From NCBI RefSeq assembly GCF_018350175.1, contig NC_058372.1, positions 30,504,001 to 30,568,000 of the forward strand: DNA of 64,000 nucleotides. Direction: 5' to 3'. A program made the position numbers and the translations under genes. The DNA is from Felis catus. Its lineage: Eukaryota. The notes beneath the pieces were generated by a model, which saw only the letters and a program-made list of their open reading frames with translations, did not search any database and was not told the DNA's origin. Below are positions 22,127-34,172 of this stretch, in pieces (the stretch's first letter is position 1; every line of letters starts with the position of its first letter).

Positions 22127-23952
22127 CTGCCATTTCCAGGCCTAACCTCTGAGCAAAGTGGATAACCTGAGGGAGATCATATCAAGTACCTATTCTGTGC
22201 ATGACACAGTAGGTGCTTAATATTTGTTAAAAAGGCAACATATCAGAGCATAACAGAGGCTGGGAAAATTAGGTACGGGTTCTGTTTTCTTCCTCTCTCA
22301 TCTCCAGACATAATTTCATCACATTGAAAGGCCAGTTTCTCTTTCTACTCAAGTTAATCAAGCCTTTTCACTCGGCCCACTCAGGACAGCACCTGGCCTG
22401 GTCCCCAAGAGATGCACAAACGTCACCATAGGAACCCTGCCAGAGAAAACAGCTGTCTTTGCAGCCAAAGAGGTTAGTTGCCAGGGAGGACAGGTCACTG
22501 GGGACCACAGGACTCAGCACCTGCAGATGGTCCCAAAAGTAAGCAGTTTCCTCAGGGCTCAGGCTGCCCCAGAGAAAAAAAATGCACACACCAAAGGGGA
22601 CTGCCAAGTATGTGCACTTGACAGCACATCCGTGTGTGTGTTGAAGTCTCTTGCAGAGCCCAGAACATCCCCCACCCCCGGGGGGAATGCCTTCTCCCAA
22701 GCTGCGGGGGAGAAAATTCGGGAGGGCAAGTGGGTCGGAAAAGATGCAGTAGTCCCAGATGGCAGGGCAGACGTACCAGTGCCAGGATGCTGTCCGCATG
22801 CTTCTCCAGGGCACGGGGTTGATAGTACGTATCCTGCCAAAGCAGATGGCTGTGTCAAGGGCCGTGTCCATTGACAAGCCCTTCCCCTTCTCTTTTGAAA
22901 GCCCTGATTCGTGTCCTCTGGTTCTAGCCTTCAAAGCTATCCCTCCTGGGACATCCCTGTCTCCCACAGAAGCCCCTCTTCCCACCCCCCACCCCCACTC
23001 CAAACCTCATTTCCTATCCCAGACCGTGAGAACATACCGGGCTGGACTTGGGAGCAAAAGTGAAAACATCACTGGATGATTTCTGCTCCCAGTTTCAGAT
23101 GGGTTGTGGGCATGTGCATACGGGGAGAGGGGTTAGAGCAGCAGAAAGGAAAGGCACCATAACAACTTTAAGAGGGAAAGAACAGAAATAACAGTGGGGT
23201 GATTAAAGAAGAGAATGTGGCTGAGGGTGGACGGTTTGTAGAGGACAGTAAACATAATCTGAGACTACCAATAAAAAGGTGGAGACCGTGTAGGGGCACA
23301 GCCTACCACCACCCTCAGCTTTCACGAATGCAAGGACCCTGGGGTCTCCAAAGTAGGTTGGGCGGTTGGGTGGGGGGCAGCGGGTCCGTGACATATTCAA
23401 GTCATGTTGAAATTCAAGGCCAGGGTAAAGGGAAGATAAAACAGAACCAGGGAAGGCACCTAGCAGGAAGAAATCGAGAGTTTGACGGCAAAATCATCCA
23501 GCTCTCGAATCCGCGCAGGGTCTCTTCCAGGACGTAGAGTCAAATGGGACCAGCACGAACCACGACAGACAGGGTGGGGGGCCGCGAGAGGAAAAAGCAA
23601 GGAGTGGTAGTCGGAATGAGAAAGCGGTGGCAAACCGCGATAAAGGAGGCAGCCAGTCCGCAGGCGTGACTTTAACCCAGGAAGCACAAAGAGCACTTCG
23701 CAGACAACTGGCTTGACAACCAGGCTCCCCCGATTTCCAATAATGGGCGCTTCTGGGGAGCAAAGGCCGCAAAGGGGTTTGGGCCGTACCATGTTTTTGA
23801 CCAGGGGAGAACTCGACTCACCCAGGAGCTGGAAGGGGGGGTAGTGACTGAAGTTGGAGTCTCGGGGACGCCGGACGGGGCCCTTTCCGAGTCCCTTTCC
23901 CGGTAGATTTTGTAGAGCCGGGGCCTAGGACGCAGCTCAGCAGCTTCGCCAT
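9995..23952 (-). CDS. ABHD16A: Phosphatidylserine lipase ABHD16A (BAT5), 20 coding exons; exon 1 is 1 nt short in this sequence
   Basis: Exons 23822-23952, 22777-22833, 21980-22046, 21684-21770, 18800-18885, 17066-17139, 16784-16906, 14296-14410, 14101-14202, 13106-13169, 12636-12685, 12188-12311, 11625-11729, 11330-11393, 11020-11076, 10811-10873, 10597-10673, 10414-10512, 10271-10317, 9995-10078. MAKLLSCVLGP start, nucleophile motif YAWSIGG, TKDEII, EATHCTP, MPWHL* end. Total 1676 nt versus 1677 expected for 558 aa plus stop. Confidence 0.96.
14735..15125 (-). mobile_element. Two CAN-SINE segments on either side of an assembly gap
   Basis: Reverse-complement SINE motifs (gtgagatcatgacctgagccgaa...ctgagccacccaggc) on both sides of the Ns. 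Confidence 0.85.
14876..15016. other. Assembly gap (141 N)
   Basis: Run of n characters. Confidence 1.
15218..15442 (+). mobile_element. Young felid SINEC_Fc with perfect TSD
   Basis: ggggcgcctgggtggcgcagtcggttaagcg...cagccaggtcacgatctcgcggtccgtgag (CpGs intact); TSD aaaatgacagctgta on both sides. Confidence 0.95.
16209..16540 (+). mobile_element. Short CAN-SINE (16209-16290) followed by a full CAN-SINE (16311-16540)
   Basis: Two SINE heads; AT-rich tail. Confidence 0.85.
20318..20510 (+). mobile_element. CAN-SINE
   Basis: gggctgcctgggtggctcagttggttagg head, CT tract, poly(A). Confidence 0.85.
21050..21268 (-). mobile_element. CAN-SINE inserted in an older L1 fragment
   Basis: Reverse-complement SINE with TSD tagtcttctt; flanks (about 20770-21540) resemble an old L1M 3' region. 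Confidence 0.85.
22078..22122. repeat. (AC)n microsatellite about 30 nt upstream of the ABHD16A exon 3 acceptor
   Basis: About 22 AC units. Confidence 0.95.
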
Positions 23953-24180
23953 GGCCCCCACTCGGGCCGCTGCTCTCCCAGCAGCAGGTCCCCCTGCTGG
24001 CCCCGCCCTTCCCCGGCCTCTAAGGTATTGCGTGCCCTTGACGTCAGCACGTACCGGCTCCGCCTCGTGCCGAGCGGAGACATTTTCCGCGCTGCCTGAG
24101 ACGGGCTTCGGGCAATTGGACCTACGGGTAGAGCGATGGTCAGAAATTAGTTGGAGGCGTTTGGAACGCGGAGAGTTACA
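23450..24180 (-). promoter_or_regulatory. ABHD16A CpG-island promoter
   Basis: CpG-rich; full CRE TGACGTCA at 24039-24046; GC box near 24000; CTCF-like CCAGCAGGGGGAC on the minus strand at about 23988-24000. Confidence 0.8.
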
Positions 24181-24807
24181 ACCTTATCAGGTGTAGTCCA
24201 GTCACTTATTTCTGTCCCTTAATATTGGCAGACTCTTGAGCGAAGTGGGAACGAGAGGCAGGATTAGGAGCACTTGACCAGAGCAACGGAAAAGAAAAGG
24301 TGTCTAGGAATACATCAAATCAAAGAAATGCAAGATTTTATGAAAAGAATTACAGAAGTTTTTGAAGGAGGTAAACTGAAGGCTTGAATAAGTGGAGAGC
24401 TACGTCGCAGTCATGGATATGGATAGGAGGACTCAGTATTAACGTGTGTGAAATACTGGTTTAAAAAATAAAGGATACATTATCGTTCTTAAGAGTGGAT
24501 GAACCTCAAAACCGTAGTACTGACTGGAAAAAAGAAAGCCATAGATTACATACAACCTGACACCCCGTTTCAAAAAGAAAATTTAATGGTCAAGTAAGTG
24601 CAAGATAAAGAGCAAATTTGGAATAGTGTAACACAGCATAGAGGATCTTTGAAATGGTAATACTGTTATTAAATAGACAGGTTTGTCTTTTCTTTGTACG
24701 TTACACCTACATTATATGTAAATTCTTTAGCTTTTTATTGCAGTAAGCATATATACATAAAAGTGCACCATTTGAGTATATCGATGTAATCAGCATCCAG
24801 GTAATAC

Positions 24808-24962
24808 CGGGGGCAGGGGGGACATGGATTAAATAGATGATGGGGATTAAGGCATGCACTTGTTGGGATGAGTACCCTGTGATGCATGGAAATGTTGAAT
24901 CAGTATATTGTACACCTGAAACTATTATAACACTGTATGTCAACCAACTGGAATTAAAAAAA
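24808..24962 (+). mobile_element. Carnivore L1 3' end
   Basis: ggggattaaggcatgcacttgttgggatgag...tattgtacacctgaaactattataacactgtatgtcaac followed by an A tail. Confidence 0.8.
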
Positions 24963-24969
24963 CATTAAA

Positions 24970-25500
24970 GTGGCTCCTGGGTGGCTCAGTCAGGTCATGA
25001 CCTCACAGTTCACAAGTTCGAGCCCCACATTGGACTCGCTGCTGTCAGTGCAGAGCCAGCTTCTGATTCTCTGTAACCCCCCCACACCCCCCCATCCCTC
25101 CCCTGTTCACGTGCTCTCTCTCTTCTCTCAGTAAAAAATAAAAATATAAAAATATATATGCCATATATACTACTTTAAAAGTAAATAACTTTTAAAAGTA
25201 AATAACACATTAAGAACTATTAGAGCTAGGGTGCCTGGGTGGCTCAGTTGTTAAGCATCTGACTTCAGCTCAGGTCATGAAGTCATGATGTCGTGGTTTG
25301 TGAGTTTGAGTCCCACATCAGGTAAGCACAAGCCCTGCTTTGGGGGAACGCTGCTTCCCTGCTTCTCTTTCTTTTTCTCTCTCTCTCTCTGCCCCTCCTG
25401 TGATTCTCTTTCCCTACCCCTCACTCACTTGTGCTCTCTCTCTCTCTCTCTAAAAAAAAAAAAACAAAACAAACAAACAAAAAAAAAAAACACAAAAAAC
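24970..25500 (+). mobile_element. Two CAN-SINEs (about 24970-25140 and 25229-25500)
   Basis: SINE heads and tails; the second has the TSD ttagagcta. Confidence 0.8.
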
Positions 25501-25959
25501 TCTTAGAGCTATATGAAGATCTGTTTTGAGAATCCTATCCTACCTGGGGTAGAGAGGTGAATTGGTGAATTCTGCAAACGCTTGTTATTCTCTTCTTTTA
25601 ATAGTAACGTAATATACTCATCAGGGGTGCAGAAGAGATGTGTGGTGTGCCATAAGCTACACGGAAAATCATTCTAAATTATTTATAGGGTATTGGCTGG
25701 GTGTGCAGTCTTGTACTGAGTTCTGTGGAGACCAACGTGAAGATTCAGCTTCTGCATTTATGGTTGGCATCTCTTAGGGTGAAGGAGAGAGCACAGAATG
25801 TACTTCCAGACTGAATGGAGGTGAACAGCTGTGCTCCCTTCTGTGTTGGCTTTTTAGCATGAAGAGTCTTTAATCTGTGTCCTTCAGCTGATGTAGAGTC
25901 AGAAGTGTGAGGAGATCATCTTCAGAACAGACTGGACTGGGTCTTTTCCCCCTTGGGAC

Positions 25960-26100
25960 TGGAAGGTGGTGGTCACTTTTTCCCCAGTAGACAGGAAGCT
26001 GGGCTTTATCTCCCCAGCATTCCCATCCCCTCAAGAGGACCGTGTCACTCCAGACCGGGGAGTGTGAGTCTTTATCTGGGTTCTGTTTCCTCCGTGGGGC
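25960..26100 (+). promoter_or_regulatory. LY6G6F proximal promoter with GATA and ETS motifs (megakaryocyte type)
   Basis: ACAGGAAG at 25991-25998; TTTATCT at 26005-26011 and 26071-26077. Confidence 0.6.
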
Positions 26101-26138
26101 ACCAGGTCCTGGGCAAGAGAACTTGGCAGGCTCTCCCC

Positions 26139-29134
26139 ATGGCGGTCTTATTCCTCCTTCTGTTCCTATGTGGCCCCCCGCAGGCTGCTGCAGGTAAGGA
26201 GCGGGAGGTGGGGGATTCTTCAGCTATTTGCAAGGTCGTGAGGAACTATTGCTGTTTCTCCTTAGGGGCCTGCAGATGGCATGTGACTCAAGAAGATAGA
26301 TTTACCCCAACTGACTTCCCCCTACCTCTAATTCTGGGGAAGATCCAGAGAAAATGAGGGTCCAGATCATGGACAGTTTCCTTTAGAAAATAAAAATAGA
26401 CACATAAGTGCTTCTAGAAAAGGAAAAATGAGAGGAAGAGAGAAGGGTGTGTGCCAACTATTCCAGCCTTTTCTCTCTTGCCTTCAGATTCTCTCACCCA
26501 CTGGAGGAGAGAGGAAGAAAGCCCTACCCTCTTCTCCCCTCAACTTTTTTTTATAGCTGTCATTTGAGAATTGTGCTCATAGCAAGACCCATGCTGGGAG
26601 ACCCCAGAAGGAGCAGAAGCCAAGAGTTAGAGGTCAAGTGGGAGCTGTTGATCTGATGGAGGTTTCTAGCACCATAAAACCCCCTCTCCACAGACAATAT
26701 CCAGACCATCTATGTAGCCTTGGGGGAGGCAATGGAGCTGCCATGTCCCGCACCACCCACTCTGAGTGGAGACGAACTACTGTCCTGGTTCCGCAGCCCT
26801 GCAGCAGTCTCCTCCACTGCCCTGGTGGCCCAAGTCCAAGTGGCCAGGCCTGGGAGGGGGCCTTCCCCAGAGCCTGGGAAGTCTGTAAGGGCATCCAGGC
26901 TCAAACTGCTGGGGAACTACTCTTTGTGGCTGGAAAAGTCCAAAGAGGGAGACGCCGGTCGGTACTGGTGTGCTGTTCTGGGTCAGCACCACAAGTACCA
27001 GAACTGGAGGGTGTATGATGTCTCCGTGCTCAGAGGTGAGTGGAGGCATGCAGATGGGGGGGGGCCACCGGGGGCCAGGAAGCCCAGCAAAAAACTAAGC
27101 GGTCCCTCTCTCCCCACAGGATCCCAGCTATCCGCGAGGGCTGCGGATGGATCCCCCTGCTCCGTCCTTTTATGCTCTGTGGCCCCTGCCAGACGCCTAG
27201 ACTCTGTGACCTGGCTAGAGGGAAGGGGTCCTGTGAGGGGCCATGTACAGTCATTTTGGGGCGATGGGGCTGCCCTGCTCTTGGTGTGTCCTGGGGAACA
27301 GCTCTCTGAGTCCAGGGAACATAGACCAAGAATCATCAGCTGCCTCATGCCTCATAACAAAGGGGTCAGCTTTAGCCTGGCAGGTAAACTGAAGGAGGAT
27401 ATGGGAGAGGATGTTGTCTCTGGCACATTCTGCACCTGCTGGCCAGGGGAGGAGGACGTGACTTTGTAATTGGCCAGATTTGGGTTGGGGGTGATTTCTG
27501 GTGGAGCAGACCATCACCTGTAGGGAGAAGGCTTTTTTCTCATTGGCCAACTCTATAACAGAGAAGGGGGTTGATTAAGCCACCTTTCTGGTGGAATAGA
27601 CCATTGGCCATGAAGAACAAGGAGGATTCCAGTGGGATATGCCATTATTCAGAAATAGGGTAACCTAGGATTTTTGTGGGCTATCCCATTTCAGAGAGGA
27701 AGTAAATAAGAATTATTGATGGGGGAGTTGTCTTTTTTTTAATTTTTAAACAATTTTTTACATTTATTTATTTTTGAGAGACAGAGTGAGAGTGGAGGAG
27801 GGGCAGAGAGAAGGAGACACAGAATCCGAAACAGGCTCCAGGCTCTGAGCAAGCGTTCAGCACAGAGCCCAATGCAGGGCTCGAACCCATGAACCGTGAG
27901 ATCACGACCTGAGCCGAAGTCAGACACTTAACCGACTGAGCCACCCAGGCACCCCGGGAGTTGTCTTTTGAAGAAAAGATATATGCACTGATGTTATAAT
28001 GGCCTACTGAGAGTGAAAGGAGAAGGAGAAAAAAATGTGTCATTGTTTTACAATTAAAAATCCATTATACACAGACAGAATGCCATTAGATGTAGAATGA
28101 CCCATTTACAAGGCAGGAGGGAGGAGAAAATTGCCATTAGTTTGGAAGGCAAAGGCCAGTTAATGAGCAGTGCCTGGGTCTTTTTTCTCTCTACATCTAC
28201 AGCACCTAATGTGGCGCCTAGCATTTGGTGGGCACTCAGTGAATGCTTATGGAGTGAATGAATGAAAGAATGAATGAATGGAAGGCACTTTACTTTCTCT
28301 TGAAACTTTGGATTACTATTAAGGATATGAGGAAAGATTGCTCATAGGCTGCCAGTTATGGCCGCCAGTCTGCTCTGGAGTTAGCTGTTCATATATGGGA
28401 GGGCGTGTATTGCTATTGGTTCACAGGCTCAGGATGAGAGGCTTGAAAATGGGCAGAGTGGGGGCAAAGATGCATATGAGGTCTTCTGGTGGGAAGAGCC
28501 CACCAGACTATGGGGAGAGGCCTTTCTTTGGGGTATGGGAACAGACCCCTCACCACCTCCCTCCTTATCCCTATTGTCTTGCCCCTACTGTAGCCTCCAT
28601 GGATGCCTCCCCTGCCCTCTGTGCCCGTGGCACGGGCTGGGATGTATCCTGGATCCTGATGCTGTTGCTTGCAGCAGGTCAGGGGTTCACCATCCTGGCC
28701 CTCAGCATCATGCTCTGGAGACAGAGGGTCCAGAGGGCTCAGTGCAGAGGTGAGTCCCTCCCTCCCAGAGGAAAGAAGAGAGCATGTGGGTGTGAGGCAG
28801 AGGGTTGCCTCTATACCCTATTTCTCTAGGGGAGGAGGGCAGTAAGGAATATAGCTCTGAATTATCTGATAATTTCTCTGCTGCACCCCATATGGCTCCT
28901 TCTTCTTAGATGCCTCGATTCCTCATTTCAAACCTGAAATCCAGGTCTATGAGAACATCCATGTGGCCCGTCTCAGGTGAGAAACACTAGGGGGTACAGG
29001 CTTAAATCCCAGAGGAGACTGGGGTTGGGATGGGTGTGGAATCCTAATTCTGAGGAGGTGGAGTATGGAAGTATCCTTAATCTATCTTTCTGCTTCACAA
29101 AACCCACAGCCCACCTGCCCACAAGATCAGATGA
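26139..29134 (+). CDS. LY6G6F: LY6G6F (G6f), type I membrane Ig-superfamily platelet protein, 302 aa, 6 exons
   Basis: Exons 26139-26193, 26694-27035, 27120-27383, 28594-28749 (TM), 28910-28976 (QVYENI, Grb2-type YxN motif), 29110-29134 (PPAHKIR*). Ig motif EGDAGRYWC. Confidence 0.95.
27735..27955 (-). mobile_element. CAN-SINE in LY6G6F intron 3
   Basis: Reverse-complement SINE; TSD gggagttgtctttt. Confidence 0.9.
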
Positions 29135-29273
29135 TCTCGATGACATCTGCTGGGAAGTGTGACCTGCTGTCTCTCCAGCCATCTGGCACCTGAAAGATTC
29201 GCCTGAAAACCCTGGCAAGGGGGGAGGGGCTGAGAGTGCTACTTTACAGTCCAGCTGGTCTCCAGCAGTCAAG

Positions 29274-29274
<1 letters not shown>

Positions 29275-29308
<34 letters not shown>
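29275..29308. repeat. (GT)n microsatellite
   Basis: About 16 GT units. Confidence 0.9.
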
Positions 29309-29309
<1 letters not shown>

Positions 29310-30428
29310 ACGCATGCTTGTGTGTTGGGGGGGGGTTGCTGAAGGAAAGGAGAAGCATTATCTTGTGACATCACCTATGAGAAAGTGTGGTCTCCTGTTT
29401 TATAATAACCAGGGAAGGGGTGACCCTAAGTGCCCAGTCCCATGGGATTGAGGGGAGCCTGGGGTAGGGGGCAGGGGGTGTGGAGGGGTGGGGATGGACA
29501 GAGAGGAGACAGAAGAATCCAGAGACTTGAGCAATGGTGGAGTATCAGTCTTGGGGAAAGCAAAGGATAAATGGAGGAAAGTGAAGAAGAGAGAAGGCAA
29601 GGACTCAAGTAAGAGGAAGAGATGGACAGAGAGAAACAAATGGAAGCATCAAGTAGGAGGATGGAATGACAGAGAGAATGGGAAGAAGACTCAGGTGGCC
29701 TCTAAATTAAGCCAGACCACCCCCCACCTCCAATCCTTCATCCCTGCTCAGTCTCATTTTCCCAGAGAAGAAGGTGAGGGAGAACAGGCACCTTTAATCA
29801 GACCCCAGACTTCCTTGCATGGAAGGGGAGGGCACTGAGTCAGGATGAGGGGTGGCTGTGCTCAGCCCCCACCCTGAGCCACCCTCCTTATCCTAGCACT
29901 TCATTGTGGCATCCGGAGTGGCAGAGGCTTATCAACATCTTGACATCCTGGGAGCTCCAAGAGTCCCATGGTATCTCCCTGGGGAGAGGGAGTGTCCGCA
30001 AGGGTGGGCGGGTGGATTCACTGGTGGGGTGTGTAATTGGGCCCTGTGTGCTGGGCTGTCAGTGAACCCTGGACAAGTCTGGGCTGGCCAAGCAGGGAAG
30101 GGCATTGGTGCTCCCAACTGGTCCACTCCCCGGTCTCAGGCAGAAAGGATCTGGACTCCCAGCCACATCCTTTTGTGTGCTCAAGCTTGGACCTCAGTGG
30201 AGAAAAGCTTTCACAGGAGTGTCACCAAAAGCCTTCATGCTACAGCAGCTTAAGCTGACCTGTTAGCAAGGAGGAGGACGGGAATGACACAGATGGAGAG
30301 TGAGGTGAAAGTTGGGGTTCTAGTCCCAGCACCCCAACCAAACCCACCAAGCAGCTATGGTTTGCTTTTAGAGAGCACACGCACATACACACCACACAGA
30401 GCAGTGTCCTAGACTCACAAATAGCACT

Positions 30429-30437
30429 TTTATTAAA
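30429..30437. terminator. Overlapping poly(A) signals: AATAAA on minus (LY6G6E) and ATTAAA on plus (candidate for LY6G6F)
   Basis: Sequence tttattaaa. Confidence 0.6.
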
Positions 30438-30851
30438 TTTACTCTTCATAGTTCCCCAAGAACCTCCTTCCTGAGTTCCTAACCTGCCAAATTAATCTTT
30501 CCTAGCAAGACTGTCCTCCTCACCATACCTGGTGCCCCTTCAATCCCCGTGCCTGGGACCCACAGCTCCATCAAAACACCTGCCTTGCCCAAGACCTGGA
30601 GCTAAGATAGAGCATCAACATCAGGCAACTAGAAAAGATAAAAGGCATAGAACAGGTGTTCTTTACGAGGCTGGGCTCTGGGCAGGTACCTATAGGGGTT
30701 AGAGCAGTGCCTGTAGGAATCAGGCCTTGGGAAGGGTCTGGGAAGGTATTGGGCCAGAGACCTGAGGTCTCTTCAGAATCAGGTTCTTGGGCATATCTCA
30801 GATGAGGTGTTTCCAGGGTGGTGGTGATGGTGGAGGAGTCCTGGTTTGAGG

Positions 30852-31995
30852 CTAGTGGAGTAGGTGGGCTCCCCACATGAAGCTGGCCACGAGGAGGAGC
30901 AGGGTGATGAGGAGGGGGCTGGGGAGTCGCTGCAGCATGGTGGCTGTGTTGCACAGGTTCTGCTCACAGCAGTGGTGCCGCAGAGCATAGGAGCGTGACC
31001 AGTAGGTGGCATGGCCCTGCAGAGGGCACTGGGCCCTTGGGAGGCAGCCTTTCCGCTCGATGATCTCACTCTGCTCTGTGGGACAAAGAGGGAATGCTGA
31101 GGCCCGGGCAGGAAGGAGGCAAAGACTGTGTGTGGGGCAGCAGGAAAAGCAGGATGGATGGATAGAGATGGGCCTGGAGTAGAGCCATGGGACCAGAGTC
31201 CTACCTGAGGTGCCGATACTGATGCCACAAACTTCGTCATCCTGACACTCGGTGAGAACAGGATAGCAGGGTTTGCTGAAGCTGCAGGTGTAACAGCGGA
31301 GCCGTCCCCCGGTGGGGGACGTGGTGAGACCTGGGGGGTCAGCAGAGATCAAGAGAGGCAAACAGGCCAGTGAGAGGCTCGAGCCCAGACCTGCGACAGG
31401 GATTCACAGAGAGATGTGACACACAAAGTGGGGAGAGGGAAGTGGTGAAAGGGAGGGAGGAGGGCAGGCAGAAGTAGAAAAAAAGACACAGAGGAGGGTG
31501 GGGGGACAACTCAGGAAAAGAGAAAGACACAGAAGCCAGAGGGATACAGAGGTTGTGAGAAGTGCACAGACATGACAGAAGCCACGAGAGTCAGAGATGA
31601 ATGCAGAGAGTGACACAAAATGCCAGACCGGGGAAGGCAGGGTGGCGGTAAAGAGGTTAAGTGAATGGTGCCACAGACAAGAGCGAATTAAGAACCGACA
31701 CTGACACTAACCAAGGGACCCAGTAAAGAAGCAAAAGATGAGATAAAGGACAGGGGAGACAGAGGTCAGAGGCATGTCCAAGAGATGCTGCAAGGAAGAG
31801 ATAGTTATTCTCAAATGTCTTCGGAAAGAAACTTCTTGTTCCACCTTCGCCTGGCCTGAGGCCATTCCCGGTAGCTCTTCCTTCTAAAGCCCTTAACTCT
31901 CTTCTCCAGTCTTCCCCGCTTCTCCCCACCGGCCCACCCTTACCCAGTGCCCCACAGAGGAACAGGAGGCACAGACAGATGCTGGAGGAGCGCAT
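30852..31995 (-). CDS. LY6G6E: LY6G6E, GPI-anchored Ly6 protein, 133 aa, intact
   Basis: Exons 31944-31995 (MRSSSICLCLLFLCGAL), 31205-31330 (LRCYTCSFSKPC...ECQDDEVC), 30852-31075 (KGC...QC...CCEQNLCN plus hydrophobic tail). 10 LU-domain Cys; syntenic position. Confidence 0.92.
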
Positions 31996-33438
31996 GGCTG
32001 GACCCAGGGCTCAGGAGTCTGGGAGAATGTGATCTGCACCCCGAGGTCCCGAGAGTTGGAGCATCTGAGTGAGACAGGGAGGGACCAGTAAACAAACACA
32101 CCTAGGGAGTGAATCTGGGGGGGGGGGGTGGAACCAGGACCAGATCCACCAGCCTGACGTGGGAGGGTCCTGGGCCTCTGCTCTTGCATCCCACATCTCT
32201 CACATCCTCTCTGCCCCCTACTTTAGTCTGCTCCAGTCTTCAGGGTCTTCTCCGTTTTGTGTTTGTTACTCTTGGCTGCGTCTGCCGCTCCAGAGTTATG
32301 TCTGTCACCTTCCCCCTCACTCCTCCCTCCCTCCCCTCCTCTCAAGCTGTTCTCGGCTCTGTCAACTCAGCTCCCTGTCTTTGTTTGCTCCATTTTTCCC
32401 CTCTCCAAGCATTTGAGTCTCTCAAGGTCACCCTCCTGGAAGCCCTGACCCAGAATGGCTCCAGTGTGGTGTTTGAATGTGAAATGAACACTACCCTCTT
32501 CCACCTGCCCCTCCACACAAAGCTCAGCTGTCTAAGTGGGACCCCACCCAGCTTCAGATCCCTTTGATCCCCCCAAGCCTCAACATTTGTACCCTATAAT
32601 TATCCCTCCCAGCTTTACTACCACGAGGGAGGAATTAATCATGGGTGGGGCCAGAGGGACAGATGTGTTTCCACTGGAGGGGGGGGTGTGTGGCTCAGAA
32701 AGACTTGGAAGGAATGTGGGGATAAGATTTAGAAGGTGGTGGTAGATTCTGGAAAACTGGGTTTAAGACATTGGGGAGGAGAGCCTGATCTGAGGCATCA
32801 GAACAGGGATGTGCCAGGAGTAAGATAGAGGAGGGAAGGCAGAGGAGACAGATCTCCAAAACATTTTTTTTTTTAATCTCAGGACCTCTTCACCTCTTAA
32901 AAATTACTGAAGACAGAGCAGAGTTTTTCTTTGTGGGAGTTAATATTGGTATTTACTATATTAGAAATCAAAACAGAGCAGTTTAAATAGGTTTATTTAA
33001 AAATAAAAATAATAAACCTATTACATGTTAACAAAACATAGTTTTGTGAAAAGTAACTTCTTTCCCAACAACATAGAAAAGTAGTATCCCTCCACACTTT
33101 GGGGAATTACATAAAAGTCAGGCTTAAAAGAAGATGGCCAGGTTTTCACATCTTCTTCTGCACAAAGTCTATTGGGATATGTTGTTTTGGTCGAAGTATA
33201 CAAAGAAAATCTGACCTCACGTAGGTATAGTTGGAAAAGGAAGAACACTGAGGACCTTCCAAAAGGGTCTTAGGGCCAGGAATTCGGGGGCCACAGCTTT
33301 AGAACAGCTGCTGAGGAAGGAAGAATCTGGGGACTCCAGAGGATGCTGAGGGCTCTTCCTGCCATGGGGGCCCCTCCCTGTCCCCAATGGGGCCCCAGTG
33401 CCTGCTGGGGGAGATTCTTTCCTCCCTTTTTATTGCCC

Positions 33439-33467
33439 TATAAAGCCCAAGGCAAGGGGGATATAAG
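33439..33467 (+). promoter_or_regulatory. TATA-like boxes upstream of LY6G6D
   Basis: TATAAA at 33439-33444 and ATATAAG at 33461-33467; ATG at 33533. Confidence 0.55.
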
Positions 33468-33532
33468 GCTGGCAGAGCAGGGCCAGGGAGGGGGGGTGGG
33501 AGAGAGAGGTGATCCTGACACAGGCAGACACA

Positions 33533-34127
33533 ATGAACTCCCCAGTTGTCGGGGTCCTGCTTGGCACCCTGCTGGGGACTGCCTTGGGTAAGGAGCAGCC
33601 CATCCCCCTCTACCCACACTGGCTCCTCAGTCAGCCCGGGTCAAGCACCTCTTCTTTCCTGCCAGGAAACCAAATGAGGTGCTATGACTGCAAAGGAGGC
33701 CCTGGCAGCTCCTGCAAAGAAACCGTGGCCACCTGCAGGGAGGGAGAACGCTGTGGCTTCCTGGAGCGCAAACCCCAGCCAGGCCTGGGACCGAACAAGC
33801 TATCTGGAAACCGTGAGTCCTCAGTTTCTCCCTCTTCCCCCAGCCCTTCCCTGCCTCCAGCTCCTACTTCGATCCTTCTGGTTTCCAGAACCTTCTAGGC
33901 TCAGTCTGGCTCTGGGCAGATGGTGCCTTGGCAGAGTAGAGCAGTCTTAGAGCCCTCTGGCTCTGGCACAGCCCCTCAGCAGCCCACTGTCCCTATGTTC
34001 CTACTTCCCCCTCTTAACTCTCCAGAGTCTCATAGGCCCATTCACTCACAAATGGTTGAAAAAGTTCTGTCCCTTGAGGTCAGGGACCAAAATAGTAAAC
34101 CAAACTTGCAGACATTAGATAAGGACC

Positions 34128-34172
<45 letters not shown>

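Noticed and set aside
22368-23003. 211-aa minus-strand ORF overlapping ABHD16A exon 2
   Set aside because: Out-of-frame overlap plus intronic sequence; no domain features.
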